Assembly: GCA_016182385.1 (NCBI GenBank)
Contig: JACPGV010000011.1
Location: forward strand, 22,888 to 86,887
Source: Candidatus Moraniibacteriota bacterium
GTDB taxonomy: Bacteria; Patescibacteriota; Minisyncoccia; Moranbacterales; UBA1568
Length of the DNA: 64,000 nt
Reading direction: 5' to 3'
Under the pieces are notes generated by a model that had not been told where the DNA came from, did not search any database, and saw nothing but the letters and a program-made list of their open reading frames with translations. The stretch's first letter is position 1. Every line of letters begins with the position of its first letter. Positions 37,714-47,471 of the stretch are shown piece after piece. The position numbers and the translations under genes were made by a program.

Positions 37714-38818
37714 ATACAATCAGCATGCTATCACCGAAAGAATAAAAAGAAAAATTATTTTTGATAGCAAGAGCATATAACTCAACAATCCCTCTCTTGG
37801 CGTTTTTATTCTGCAAAAAAGCGTCAACCAAAAGCATAAGCGACGTCTTGGGAAGATGAAAATTCGTCAGCAAATGATCCACCATTTGAAACTGATAGGG
37901 CGGATAAATAAAAATATCTGTCTTGCCACTATACGTCACACTGTTTCCACACATTTCATCTCTCCATTTTTTAGTCTTACTATTTTCGCGATCGCGAAAA
38001 TAGTAAGACTTAGATACGAATGATTCCAACGTGCGCGTGACCGTTGTCCCTACGGCAATGATCGGTTGTTTTGTTTTTTTGGCGTGACAGAGTGCCTGTA
38101 TCGTTTCTTTAGGAATATTCACAAACTCCGTATGTAATTTTCCTGTCAAAAAATGTTCATCTTGAAGCGGGGCAAATGTTCCCAAACCAACATCAAGCGT
38201 AATATTTTTTGTCACAATATTTTTTTTCTTCAAAGAAGAAAATACTCGATCGGTAAAATGAAGTGATGCGGTCGGTGCCGCGACAGAGGCTCCCTTTTCG
38301 GCAAAAATGGTCTGATACCGCTTCCGAAGTTTCTCTTCCTCCATTGATGCCCCTAAAAGATAATGAGGGAGTGGCGTTTTGCCGTATTGTTCCAGTAGAG
38401 TCTCCAACGAAAACACGCTCTCCAACCGCAGAAAAAAAATTTTTTCATTCTGTCCGATTACCTCAAAAAAACTCCCGTCAGAAAAGAAAAGTTTTTGTCC
38501 GATGGCGATTTTCCTATCGACAAGCGCCGGAATCCGTTGCGGATCTTCTCTCTCATTGGCAAGCACGAATACTTCGATCTTCCCACCTGTTTCCTTGCGA
38601 AGCCATAAACGCGCCGGCAATACCACGGTATTATTGAGAACCATAAGCGATTGCGCCGGAAGATAGCGTGTCAGATTTTTGAAAATATCAAATGTCACCG
38701 TGTCCGTCGTTGTATCATACACAAAGAGCCGCGCGCTATCCCGCGGTTCTACTCCCTCTTTCCGAATGAGCGCTTCGGGCAAGGTGTAATCATATTTTTC
38801 CCTATCAATAATCTGCAT
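37712..38818 (-). CDS. queA: S-adenosylmethionine:tRNA ribosyltransferase-isomerase QueA
   Basis: RYQTIFA..GASVAAPTASLHF, VGLGTF.P, AVGTT.TR.LES, TNFHLPKT, YSFGDSMLI. Confidence 0.94.
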   Translation of the reverse strand: MQIIDREKYDYTLPEALIRKEGVEPRDSARLFVYDTTTDTVTFDIFKNLTRYLPAQSLMVLNNTVVLPARLWLRKETGGKIEVFVLANEREDPQRIPALVDRKIAIGQKLFFSDGSFFEVIGQNEKIFFLRLESVFSLETLLEQYGKTPLPHYLLGASMEEEKLRKRYQTIFAEKGASVAAPTASLHFTDRVFSSLKKKNIVTKNITLDVGLGTFAPLQDEHFLTGKLHTEFVNIPKETIQALCHAKKTKQPIIAVGTTVTRTLESFVSKSYYFRDRENSKTKKWRDEMCGNSVTYSGKTDIFIYPPYQFQMVDHLLTNFHLPKTSLMLLVDAFLQNKNAKRGIVELYALAIKNNFSFYSFGDSMLIV

Positions 38819-38850
38819 AGAAACACTGTAGCAAATATACAAAAAAACAA

Positions 38851-38887
38851 AAACCCTTGGTCACTACGCGGTAGTTTCCAAGGGTTT
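38851..38887 (-). terminator. Intrinsic terminator after the 113-aa orphan
   Basis: AAACCCTTGG...CCAAGGGTTT with a minus-strand T-tract. Confidence 0.7.
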
Positions 38888-38893
38888 GCGAAA

Positions 38894-39235
38894 TCACTTC
38901 TTCTCCTCCTCTATCCGCCGCGCGCAAGCCGCTGCAATCTCTCGGATCATGAAGTTGAGCCGAGCGATTCGAGCCTCACTTTCATGATAGAGCTCTCTCC
39001 GTTTCTTTTTGTAATCATTTTGGACGGAAGGAGTAATAAGCTTGGTTCCCGATTCCACAGATAACTCCAGAATTTCAATATAAGAATCCTGAAGACTATC
39101 CATCATCTCGGAATACCCCGCTTGCTCCGCTTCAATACTTCTTTGAAGCAGTATAATGCTTACTTCGGCTACGGTTACAAAGTTCTCCGAAGTTCGCACC
39201 GTCTCAAGCGTCCTTTCAATAATTTCCTTATCCAT
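38894..39235 (-). CDS. Orphan alpha-helical hypothetical protein (113 aa)
   Basis: AAAGGAG SD; own perfect promoter and terminator. Confidence 0.7.
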   Translation of the reverse strand: MDKEIIERTLETVRTSENFVTVAEVSIILLQRSIEAEQAGYSEMMDSLQDSYIEILELSVESGTKLITPSVQNDYKKKRRELYHESEARIARLNFMIREIAAACARRIEEEKK

Positions 39236-39312
39236 CTTGCGCTCCTTTCTGAAAAAACTTTTCCCTTGAACGCCGGGAAATGTAGCGTTCGTAAATTTGC
39301 ATACGAAGTTTA

Positions 39313-39341
39313 ATTATACACCTTTTTAGGCGTTGTGTCAA
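39313..39341 (-). promoter_or_regulatory. Perfect sigma70 promoter for the 113-aa orphan
   Basis: TTGACA(39341-39336)-17 nt-TATAAT(39318-39313). Confidence 0.75.
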
Positions 39342-39361
39342 GGTTTTTGCCTTAGGCAATT

Positions 39362-40159
39362 TTACTTTTCAAAACTCTGTAAATATTCTGGAAGTTTCAA
39401 AATCCATTTCGCTTGTTCCGGATAAAATAAAAACCTCTCGACATCTTTTGCTGCCTGTTCCAGATTGCTCTTTCTCGCCTGCTGTGTCAAAAATTCTACC
39501 AACATATGACGATTCGTAATATCAAGCTTCTTTTCTTTAAAAAGAGCATAGTTCGGCTCCAAATCCTTTTGACTCAAGAACCATACCAAATCATAAAAAT
39601 CGCGTCCTTTTTGATATGGACGAAAAATAATAGCAACGACTTTTTGAGCGAAAAGTGTTTCCAGAGAATTGACCAACAAAGGAAAACGCTCATTAAAACT
39701 ATCAGAGAATTTCGTTTCCGTGCGCGCTTTCTTGAACGGATTGAAATCAATTTCAAATTTGATAAGCATCTTTTCATTTTCTTGAACATTCAGACCGAAT
39801 TCCCATAAAACATCCTTGAATCTGAAATAAATAGTATGGATATTTTCAGTCGTTTTCGTACGCGCATCGACTTGAAATCCCTGCATATCCAACTTGTTTC
39901 TGATATCAGCCATCAATTCCTCGATATGAAATCCTTCTTTTTTTACCAGATCAAAATACAAATCTTCCGAAAAACGGTTGATTCCATATGCAAAACGAAG
40001 ACACGCACCACCCATGAATGAAATGCTGTCATTGAACTTGCTCAAAGAAAGTGCTTTGAGAATCTGCGTCTGCAAATATTCGAGTAAAATATTGCGATCC
40101 TGCCACGGAATATTTCTCTCTTCTGCGTATTTTTTAAAAAAGTCTTTACTCGGTAGCAT
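39362..40159 (-). CDS. AbiEii/AbiGii-family nucleotidyltransferase toxin (type IV TA); catalytic motifs altered
   Basis: EYLQ..IL, FMGGACLRF, RFSEDLYF, K-x8-KGRDFYDL; start MLPSK at 40159 overlaps the antitoxin end. Confidence 0.88.
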   Translation of the reverse strand: MLPSKDFFKKYAEERNIPWQDRNILLEYLQTQILKALSLSKFNDSISFMGGACLRFAYGINRFSEDLYFDLVKKEGFHIEELMADIRNKLDMQGFQVDARTKTTENIHTIYFRFKDVLWEFGLNVQENEKMLIKFEIDFNPFKKARTETKFSDSFNERFPLLVNSLETLFAQKVVAIIFRPYQKGRDFYDLVWFLSQKDLEPNYALFKEKKLDITNRHMLVEFLTQQARKSNLEQAAKDVERFLFYPEQAKWILKLPEYLQSFEK

Positions 40160-40769
40160 AATATTTGATAAAACTTTTAGTAAGAAGCGAAACCTTTTTA
40201 TTTTGAAAGGCCTCGGCAAATCCCAGTAATTTTTTCGTATCAAAAACAAAGTCCTCATTGAAACGATATCCTCGGAATTGTTCCGAATCTCCGTTTAAAA
40301 TATTGCGTTTCAAATAAAAAAAATCCACCAGTGCCTTTTCTGGCAATGCCATATTAAAGGAAATTTTCCCGTCCTTTTTCGTTTCATATCCGCCAAATGC
40401 GCTCTTTTTGATTTTCTGATAACTGAAACGTCCCAATTTCGTATCAAACTCTTTCGTTTTCCTTGTCGTCACCGAAGTCACCGTAAACACAGCCTCCGGA
40501 ATAATTCCATAAAAACTCAACGCCTTTTCCATGCTCACATAGGATGGTTGATACATTTTTGTCGCAAACCACACAGGATCCGCATTTTTTGCCTCCTCAG
40601 CGACAACATACATACCTCTTCTCAACATAATAAGATGACCCTTGTTAACCCAATTTTTCAGATTAACAAGCATGGTACTTGTGAACGCACCACCCAGAAC
40701 AAGCCTCAGTTCTTTCGTTTCAAAAAGCGGCAATTCTTCAACTTTTTTTCTAAATTCAAAATAATTCAT
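40146..40769 (-). CDS. AbiEi-family antitoxin / transcriptional regulator
   Basis: N-terminal wHTH (W.NKG.LI.LRRG.Y), PSYVSMEKALSFYGIIPE, VTSVT, PEKALVDFFY. Confidence 0.88.
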   Translation of the reverse strand: MNYFEFRKKVEELPLFETKELRLVLGGAFTSTMLVNLKNWVNKGHLIMLRRGMYVVAEEAKNADPVWFATKMYQPSYVSMEKALSFYGIIPEAVFTVTSVTTRKTKEFDTKLGRFSYQKIKKSAFGGYETKKDGKISFNMALPEKALVDFFYLKRNILNGDSEQFRGYRFNEDFVFDTKKLLGFAEAFQNKKVSLLTKSFIKYYATE

Positions 40770-40782
40770 TTCTTTTACTAAT

Positions 40783-40831
40783 AGAATTATATCAATAAAA
40801 GAATTATATCAAAAATATTTTATATTGTCAA
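40783..40831 (-). promoter_or_regulatory. abiE promoter with tandem 13-bp direct repeats (candidate operator)
   Basis: TTGACA(40831-40826)-17 nt-TATAAT(40808-40803); AGAATTATATCAA at 40783-40795 and 40800-40812. Confidence 0.7.
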
Positions 40832-40912
40832 TATACTAATTTTATTGCTTAATATAAGAATTTTTCTCTTTTTTATAAAGATATCCGACTATTCTATCTA
40901 AACCCCCGCAAA

Positions 40913-41275
40913 TCAATGTTTTTCTTTGACTGGAGGATCATTTTTCCCCTCACCTCGAATCTCAATAATCCCCCGAATCACCGCCATAACAATAAAGTAG
41001 TACGCATACACAGCAAATTCTTCTGCACGTTCTGGCCTCTTCAAAAGATGAAGGATTGGAGTAAATAGAAGAAACAAAAGCGCTGCTCCCGCCAGTAGTC
41101 TACTTGGAATAGGCCCAATAAGTGACCAGATAAAAATCAAAAAGATGATAATTTCTACCATGGTCCAATCAAAATAGACTCCCAAGACTGCTCCTAGCAC
41201 CGGAAGTACAATATCTACTTTTCTAGAGATAACAAAATGCCGTACCCGTCCTTCAAGTTTCTCTTCTGATCCCAT
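40913..41275 (-). CDS. Small polytopic membrane protein
   Basis: MGSEEKLEGR start; 3-4 TM; AEEFAVYAYYF; last gene of the glycan operon. Confidence 0.7.
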   Translation of the reverse strand: MGSEEKLEGRVRHFVISRKVDIVLPVLGAVLGVYFDWTMVEIIIFLIFIWSLIGPIPSRLLAGAALLFLLFTPILHLLKRPERAEEFAVYAYYFIVMAVIRGIIEIRGEGKNDPPVKEKH

Positions 41276-41279
41276 ACGA

Positions 41280-43460
41280 TTACCGGTTAGATTTATATTG
41301 CCACCTCTTTCTCCACTCACTGGCAAGCAAAATAGAAAGAACAAAAAGACTGACTCCGGTAATCCACATACCGACATATAAGAGACGTGCCGGCAGGTAG
41401 TACAGGGAAACGTTTCCTCCCTTTCGATCACGATCTAATCTCCAGGCATTGGCATGCTGAATGCTGTTGTCCCGAGTCAATGAGACTTTGTTTCCAGCTA
41501 GATCAACATATTCCGCTCTCCAGAGAGAATCGTAGCGCTCATTCAAGAAAATAGTGGCGTCCTGCTTCATATCCACCACCGGTACCATAATTTCTCGTGG
41601 ATTTTTTCTCTGGTATGCCAGTTCTTCTATATTTTCACGTAGCGCCTGTACAGACTGCGAAAGTCCTTCTATTTTCATCGGAACAAATGGGGCATTGATC
41701 CCTACAAATACGTATGGAAACACCCGCTTCTCTTCCAAAGTATAGAGAGTAAAAAAATCATTCTCTTTTACTTTCTGCAACGCTCCAGTTCTTTCAAGGT
41801 ATTCCTTAGCTCCTTCAAATTCTTCTTGATTCTCCTTACGAGTATCCTTATGAAAAAACACATACTCAACCCCTAGAAGACCGTAGAGATCAGTTATCCA
41901 CTGCGGGTCATGCTGACTCTCAAACTCCGTAGCAAACATCCAATGAGGAATGTAGTAGTCATACAGCTCTACGTATTTTTTACTATACAAACGATACGCG
42001 ATATCGGGACCATTGACCTTCCAAGTAGGAAAATTCACTCTCCCGACGCTCGAACCAGGAGCGTACGGCAACATTGCAATCTTACTGTCCTTTTTACTTG
42101 ACTCAATGACTGAAGCGACATCATAATATGCCTGAGGAACCTCTACGAGAGCACTATACTTAGCCTTGGTATAGTCCTTGGCTTTCTGACCAGAAAGAGC
42201 AAAGCTCAATTTTGTCTGAAGGCCGCCTACGTAAAAAGGAAGCGCCAGAATAATCGTCATGAGAAGAAATGAGAGCATAAGGAAACGAGCATACTTCTTT
42301 CCTTCAAATGATTGAAGGAAAAGTAGAAGAAGTCCTGAAAGAAGAAATGGAGTTATCGTAGCCAGCTTATCCCAGCCACGCAAAGTATTGAATCCTGGCA
42401 GAGTGAATAGAAATTCGTTCATAGACTCAAATGGGAAACGCACTCGTGCCACCAGAGCCATGAAAATAAATGTGAGCATGAAAAAGGCACCGAATATCTT
42501 TTGGTCCCTCGAACTCCTTTTCCGAAAGAATCCATACAACGCCAAGAAAAAAGGAATGAAAGCTATGAAGGCTATCACTCTCTTTGCTTGAGAAAAATCT
42601 GGGTATGGAAAATTCATTGGATAATAGCGTTCCTGCTCACTCGTAGGAAGTAATCGAATCGTATCCGAAAAAGCATTCGACGTCTCCCTTAATCGCTCTG
42701 AAAGATCAACAAATTCTGAAGTATAAACTGCTTGTACGCCACCTCGTAGCTGAGGTATCTGTGGCAACAACCAGTAGGTGTTCATGAGAGCCGCTCCAAA
42801 AACAAGCATCCCTATTTTAAGCAAAGTCTGACGATCAAAAGGGATGGAACGGAAAAGAAACAGTGCGAGCGTAAGAAAAAAGAATAAGATACCAAGAGAC
42901 AGAGCAAAAGCCGGATTTCCAAAACTCGTCGAAGCAAGAAAAGCAACCCCCACAAAACCGTAGCTAAAAATTCTCTGAGATGATTCGAGAGCTTTGATAT
43001 ACATCCCTACCAGAAGAGGAATGAATATGTACAAGACCTGATACGAACTATACCCCCAAGCAGCAGTGAAGACATAGAGTGTATAGAGATTCGTAGCGTA
43101 AAAAAGTGCGGAAAGTGACCGTGTCAGTCCAGATGACCTCGAGAACACCAATGCACAAAATGACAGAAACGAAAAAAATGAACCAAGAAGGAATATTCCG
43201 ACATACCAAGAAAGTTGAGCCGTATCACTAATACCTAGTTGGTCAATAATGTAAAAGACGCCATAAAATAATGAAGCGCTGCCGAAAGCATCGTAATGAA
43301 AACGAACAAAATTTTCGGTCATGTTAATAGCCTGAATAACATCCCCGCCAAGCAAAATATGTCTCGCAGGAAAGATATTCATGAGAGTACATAAAACAAG
43401 AAGAAATACTCCTATTGTTTCCCATCGGTACCGAAGTAGAATGTGTCGTACTCTCTCCAT
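41280..43460 (-). CDS. GT-C-like polytopic membrane glycosyltransferase (AftD/DUF3367-YfhO-like architecture)
   Basis: GGD after TM1, about 12 TM, LFYATN, TLR..DK, periplasmic domain, C-terminal ANAW plus TM. Confidence 0.65.
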   Translation of the reverse strand: MERVRHILLRYRWETIGVFLLVLCTLMNIFPARHILLGGDVIQAINMTENFVRFHYDAFGSASLFYGVFYIIDQLGISDTAQLSWYVGIFLLGSFFSFLSFCALVFSRSSGLTRSLSALFYATNLYTLYVFTAAWGYSSYQVLYIFIPLLVGMYIKALESSQRIFSYGFVGVAFLASTSFGNPAFALSLGILFFFLTLALFLFRSIPFDRQTLLKIGMLVFGAALMNTYWLLPQIPQLRGGVQAVYTSEFVDLSERLRETSNAFSDTIRLLPTSEQERYYPMNFPYPDFSQAKRVIAFIAFIPFFLALYGFFRKRSSRDQKIFGAFFMLTFIFMALVARVRFPFESMNEFLFTLPGFNTLRGWDKLATITPFLLSGLLLLFLQSFEGKKYARFLMLSFLLMTIILALPFYVGGLQTKLSFALSGQKAKDYTKAKYSALVEVPQAYYDVASVIESSKKDSKIAMLPYAPGSSVGRVNFPTWKVNGPDIAYRLYSKKYVELYDYYIPHWMFATEFESQHDPQWITDLYGLLGVEYVFFHKDTRKENQEEFEGAKEYLERTGALQKVKENDFFTLYTLEEKRVFPYVFVGINAPFVPMKIEGLSQSVQALRENIEELAYQRKNPREIMVPVVDMKQDATIFLNERYDSLWRAEYVDLAGNKVSLTRDNSIQHANAWRLDRDRKGGNVSLYYLPARLLYVGMWITGVSLFVLSILLASEWRKRWQYKSNR

Positions 43461-43468
43461 AACATTAC

Positions 43469-44998
43469 TTATCGTAATTTTGAAACACTGGCATGAACAG
43501 AAAACTCATTGAACCCGAAAAACCCTGATGATTTCTCCTCACCTACGTAAGTTGCTTTGACGTAGACTGTTTTCGCTACTCTGTTCCCTGGTAACGTCAA
43601 CAAAAACCGTACCCGCCCAGATGATTCCTCTACAAATGGAATTTCCTGCCAATGTTCCTTATCCAGAGAATACTCCAATTGAATTTCTGACAAATCATCG
43701 CCGTCCTGTTGTGCATCCAAAGCAAAAAATTCGAAGGGACGCCCTGTTTCAAATCGATACATGAGATACTCCCCTGTCTTCTGACTTCCTGTGATAATCT
43801 TCCTCTCCCTGTCGAAGATGATACTTTGACTCGCCTCGTAGAGATTATCATAATCAACTGGGTCGTGTCTCAATTGGAAAGCATAGAGAAGCTTCTTCCC
43901 TAAATCCTCCAACTTCGCTCCATCAGGAAAGCTATCCGCCCCATTCAACCGTGCCCGTTGGCCAATATGCACAAAAAGATCTCCCTTTTCCTTAAATTCT
44001 TTCGGGTCAACCGTCTTCTCCAATTCGCCTAAAGAAAAGAAGTTTTCTGGGTCTTTATCCTTTGGGCCAACAAAATTAAGAGCATACCAGCCGCCCTGTT
44101 TCAAAGGAAAAGAGAAAGGGAGTAGGAAATTACCAGAAAAAATTCTCATACCATTCAAAGCGTCCAATACGAAGGGTATCCTTTGAAGAGGAGCTGATTC
44201 TTTTTCTTTCGTTACACTATTGTAACGAAAGAGTTCAAAAGCATATTCTTGTCTCCCGCCACCATCTATTTTTCCTGAAAATTCGAGCGACCGAATAAAA
44301 TCACCGTCAGCCTGAAAAAGCCATTCTTTTTTCTGAGAGCTTTTATCTATATTATTTACTGAAAAAAGCTCTCGATGACTAGTCTCCGAGATACCATAAA
44401 AAGTAGGCATGAGACTGACTGCTTCAAAGCGAGTCTGCACTTCAAGCGGCGTGATATCAAAAGATTTTATGAAAACTTCTGGATCATACCATTCCATTTC
44501 TGAAACCTCAGAATTCTTTTTCAATCGAATAATAAGGTCCTGATACCTCCCAGGCGTGGAAAAGACTACTTCACGATATTGACCCTTTTCATCTGGTTCA
44601 AAAGTCCATGAGCTGATGGGCAGTATTTCATTTAGGGAAGATCGAGCCAATACCTCGACCTGTTCTTTATCCTTCGTACTCACATGAATGCCCAGGCGAA
44701 AAAAATCATTCGTTCGAGATTCGAAAAAATTCTCATAGATTTTCTCTGGGATTTTTTTAGTAAGATCGGGTCGAAAAACAAAGGCTGATTTTTCCTTCTT
44801 TGATTCAGGCTTCTTCACTACCTGATCAGGTGCTACAGCCTGATGCCAGAGGTAGGCGGTAAGAAAAATAAAAAGAATGAAGAAATAGCGAAAGTATCTC
44901 CCCAAAAAGACTCCCATTTTCCTAATCACTCCGTGAATTTCTTTCATGTTCTTCATTTTGGATATTTTATCAGTTCTGAGATGATTTGTCATGGTCAC
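43469..44998 (-). CDS. Membrane-anchored exported beta-rich hypothetical protein
   Basis: One N-terminal TM, then a ~450-aa aromatic beta-strand-rich region; sits between two GT-C-like genes; exact start uncertain. Confidence 0.7.
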   Translation of the reverse strand: MTMTNHLRTDKISKMKNMKEIHGVIRKMGVFLGRYFRYFFILFIFLTAYLWHQAVAPDQVVKKPESKKEKSAFVFRPDLTKKIPEKIYENFFESRTNDFFRLGIHVSTKDKEQVEVLARSSLNEILPISSWTFEPDEKGQYREVVFSTPGRYQDLIIRLKKNSEVSEMEWYDPEVFIKSFDITPLEVQTRFEAVSLMPTFYGISETSHRELFSVNNIDKSSQKKEWLFQADGDFIRSLEFSGKIDGGGRQEYAFELFRYNSVTKEKESAPLQRIPFVLDALNGMRIFSGNFLLPFSFPLKQGGWYALNFVGPKDKDPENFFSLGELEKTVDPKEFKEKGDLFVHIGQRARLNGADSFPDGAKLEDLGKKLLYAFQLRHDPVDYDNLYEASQSIIFDRERKIITGSQKTGEYLMYRFETGRPFEFFALDAQQDGDDLSEIQLEYSLDKEHWQEIPFVEESSGRVRFLLTLPGNRVAKTVYVKATYVGEEKSSGFFGFNEFSVHASVSKLR

Positions 44999-47471
44999 TT
45001 TTTTGCCTTTTTTCCTTTTTTAGAGCTCTTTTTACCAAAAGCAGCGAGTACCAAAGGAGACCGAGACCGGAAATAATTATCCCAATATATGAGACCCTCT
45101 GAGGCCAAAATTCTATAATCACTTCGACATCCTGAGTTTCATCTTTATTCTTCAGACAACTCTCAGACTGTTCCTGGCATATAGCATCTATATCAAGAAC
45201 CCAGGCGTTGGCGTAACCATTGACCACAAGTTGTCTATTCTTAGTATCGAGAGGTTCTTGAAACCACGTTTCAGAAAAGCGAGCCTCTACGAGATTATCA
45301 TTTTGAACGGTGTTAAAGAACTTTTTTGAGACAAAATCGATAGAAAATTTCTCGATAAAATCAATCTTCCCTCGATAGTCATCCCATTTTTTGTGAACAA
45401 TACTTTTTTCTTTTCCGTCTCCCAGCTCCGTGACACTCCCCTCGTTTACGAGCCTCACAAGTTCATCGCTATCAGCCTGAAAATATTTATTCTTTTCCAA
45501 TATCTTGTATTCCTTCAGTCGAGAGAGGAGTGACCCACGATCCTGATAAGAACTCTTTTTTTCCGCCAAGTATATGTTCCAATCTTTATGATACTGTTCG
45601 CTCAAAACCAGCACGACGTTCCCCTGTGCACCGTGCAAACGTACTCGATACTGCGTCGGATTGATTTTCTTGTACTCAACACTCGCCCCGGAGAAAATTC
45701 CTCCTCTGTCTATATCAGCATTTATCTCATTATCCTGAAACGAAACTTTCCGCTCAGCATGACGAATAGGCGAGTTATCAAGAAGTATTTGCGTTAATGG
45801 TGCGTCATCAAAGGTACCAATACTTTCGGCCGTATACAACTGTGGTAAAAATTCGTTTCGATCGACATACTGAATAGAGAGAAAACCCTCTTGAAAAGCC
45901 GGTACTGTATTCTTCACATAATAAACAATTTTGTTCATCAAGGAAGCGTCTTCGAATATGAAACCAACTGCATGATTCGAGAGACTCCCGAGAACCTTGT
46001 CATACCCCAAGTTATAGTTTGTGTACAAGAAGTTGTAGATAATTGGCCCAAAGAATCCCCACTGGGTATTGAGGTACGTCAGATCACTGTTGGGATAGAA
46101 CGTCCGGACGTTCATTTTTTGGTAATCAATAAACTCGCGCACCTTGTAATACTCATTTGGGATATGAAAACCACGTTGCTGAATGTTCGTATATTGGTTG
46201 ATCCCGTTGAAATTTTTATAGTACTCCCCGTTCCAGTATGGGTATCCGACATAGATCGTCACAACAAGTATAAGAGAGCTAAAAAAGAACCGTTTTCTTG
46301 GAATTTGTTCGACAAAGAAAAACAAAAGGAGCGCATAAAATACCGAGAGGAAAAAAACTGCTCCCGCTGTCGTTCGCAAAAAGGCTAACAAAGGCACACT
46401 CGCAACAAAGTGCTCATACATCTGCCCAAAAGGCTTATTTGGTCCCGCAGCAAAAAAGAGATAGATGACAAGAAGAAGCCAAACGATGATCTCGTCTCTC
46501 TTATCTACATTGTGTTCGGAGTGAATAATAAGCAGTCGTGCAAAGATGATAAAGACAAAGAAATAGCTCAGGATCAAAATGAGAGCACTCGAATTATAGG
46601 AAAGAACATCCAGATGATTCAGAAAGATAGAATCTTGATGAAGCTTCAATATCTTATCCATGGTATCCACGCCGAAATTCATCATCTTGCCAATATCCTT
46701 GTACCCCGACTTCACTTTTACCCCATAGTCGATGGGATCATAGTTTAAGGTGAAATTTGCTAAAGGCAAAAATAAATAGGCCGAAAGAACAAAGGCGAGT
46801 GAAAATTTTATGAACACCTTTCGCAGCTCTACACCAGTAATTTTTTGAAGACTCCAATTAGCAAAGAAAATAATTGCTGAGATGAGAAAAAGATGAAAAA
46901 GGTACTTCGGGTTCGGTAGATCTAGAGAGCAAAAAGCCAGTATCACATTTAACCAAAGTGCCGTTCCGATGGTGACGTCTTTCTCCTTGACGATCCTAAA
47001 AATGAAATAGATGAACCAAGGAGTAAAAGCGTACACAAATATGTAATGGTAGGCATTGAGAAGAGCTGGGGAGAGGAGATAGAACACGATCGGCACCAAG
47101 AGTTCTAGTCGTTGCGCCTTTGGGGAAAAAAGCTGAGCCAGTTTGTAAATACCAAATCCCGCAATCAACGTTAGAAAAAATAATAAGACTGCAGAAATAA
47201 AAAGGATATTACCCGTAAAAAGCTCGGCCACCCAGTACATGATGTAAAAAACATAGTAGTTCACGGCGAAGTATTGGCCATTTTTCATCTCTATCCACTG
47301 ATAGAGATATTTTTCCAGCCCCTCACTGTTGAATGGTATGAGTACATCGCCCCCGATAGAAAGACGCCCCCAAGTATAAAAAGCTGGTAACAGTGCTAAC
47401 CCAAAAATAACCAGTTCGGGAGAGTACCGAACGAGCAACCTCAAAAATGTCTTCCAAATCTCTCGGTTCAT
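44970..47471 (-). CDS. Second GT-C-like polytopic membrane glycosyltransferase
   Basis: GGDVLIP after TM1, FYLLSP, FLRTT, YKKINPTQYRV, LSEQYHKDW, NGYANAW, C-terminal TM. Confidence 0.65.
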   Translation of the reverse strand: MNREIWKTFLRLLVRYSPELVIFGLALLPAFYTWGRLSIGGDVLIPFNSEGLEKYLYQWIEMKNGQYFAVNYYVFYIMYWVAELFTGNILFISAVLLFFLTLIAGFGIYKLAQLFSPKAQRLELLVPIVFYLLSPALLNAYHYIFVYAFTPWFIYFIFRIVKEKDVTIGTALWLNVILAFCSLDLPNPKYLFHLFLISAIIFFANWSLQKITGVELRKVFIKFSLAFVLSAYLFLPLANFTLNYDPIDYGVKVKSGYKDIGKMMNFGVDTMDKILKLHQDSIFLNHLDVLSYNSSALILILSYFFVFIIFARLLIIHSEHNVDKRDEIIVWLLLVIYLFFAAGPNKPFGQMYEHFVASVPLLAFLRTTAGAVFFLSVFYALLLFFFVEQIPRKRFFFSSLILVVTIYVGYPYWNGEYYKNFNGINQYTNIQQRGFHIPNEYYKVREFIDYQKMNVRTFYPNSDLTYLNTQWGFFGPIIYNFLYTNYNLGYDKVLGSLSNHAVGFIFEDASLMNKIVYYVKNTVPAFQEGFLSIQYVDRNEFLPQLYTAESIGTFDDAPLTQILLDNSPIRHAERKVSFQDNEINADIDRGGIFSGASVEYKKINPTQYRVRLHGAQGNVVLVLSEQYHKDWNIYLAEKKSSYQDRGSLLSRLKEYKILEKNKYFQADSDELVRLVNEGSVTELGDGKEKSIVHKKWDDYRGKIDFIEKFSIDFVSKKFFNTVQNDNLVEARFSETWFQEPLDTKNRQLVVNGYANAWVLDIDAICQEQSESCLKNKDETQDVEVIIEFWPQRVSYIGIIISGLGLLWYSLLLVKRALKKEKRQKSDHDKSSQN

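Noticed and set aside
36570-38818. Presence of rplI and queA as anomalies for a CPR genome
   Set aside because: L9 loss is restricted to some CPR lineages, and queA alone says little without the rest of the genome; not unusual enough to report.
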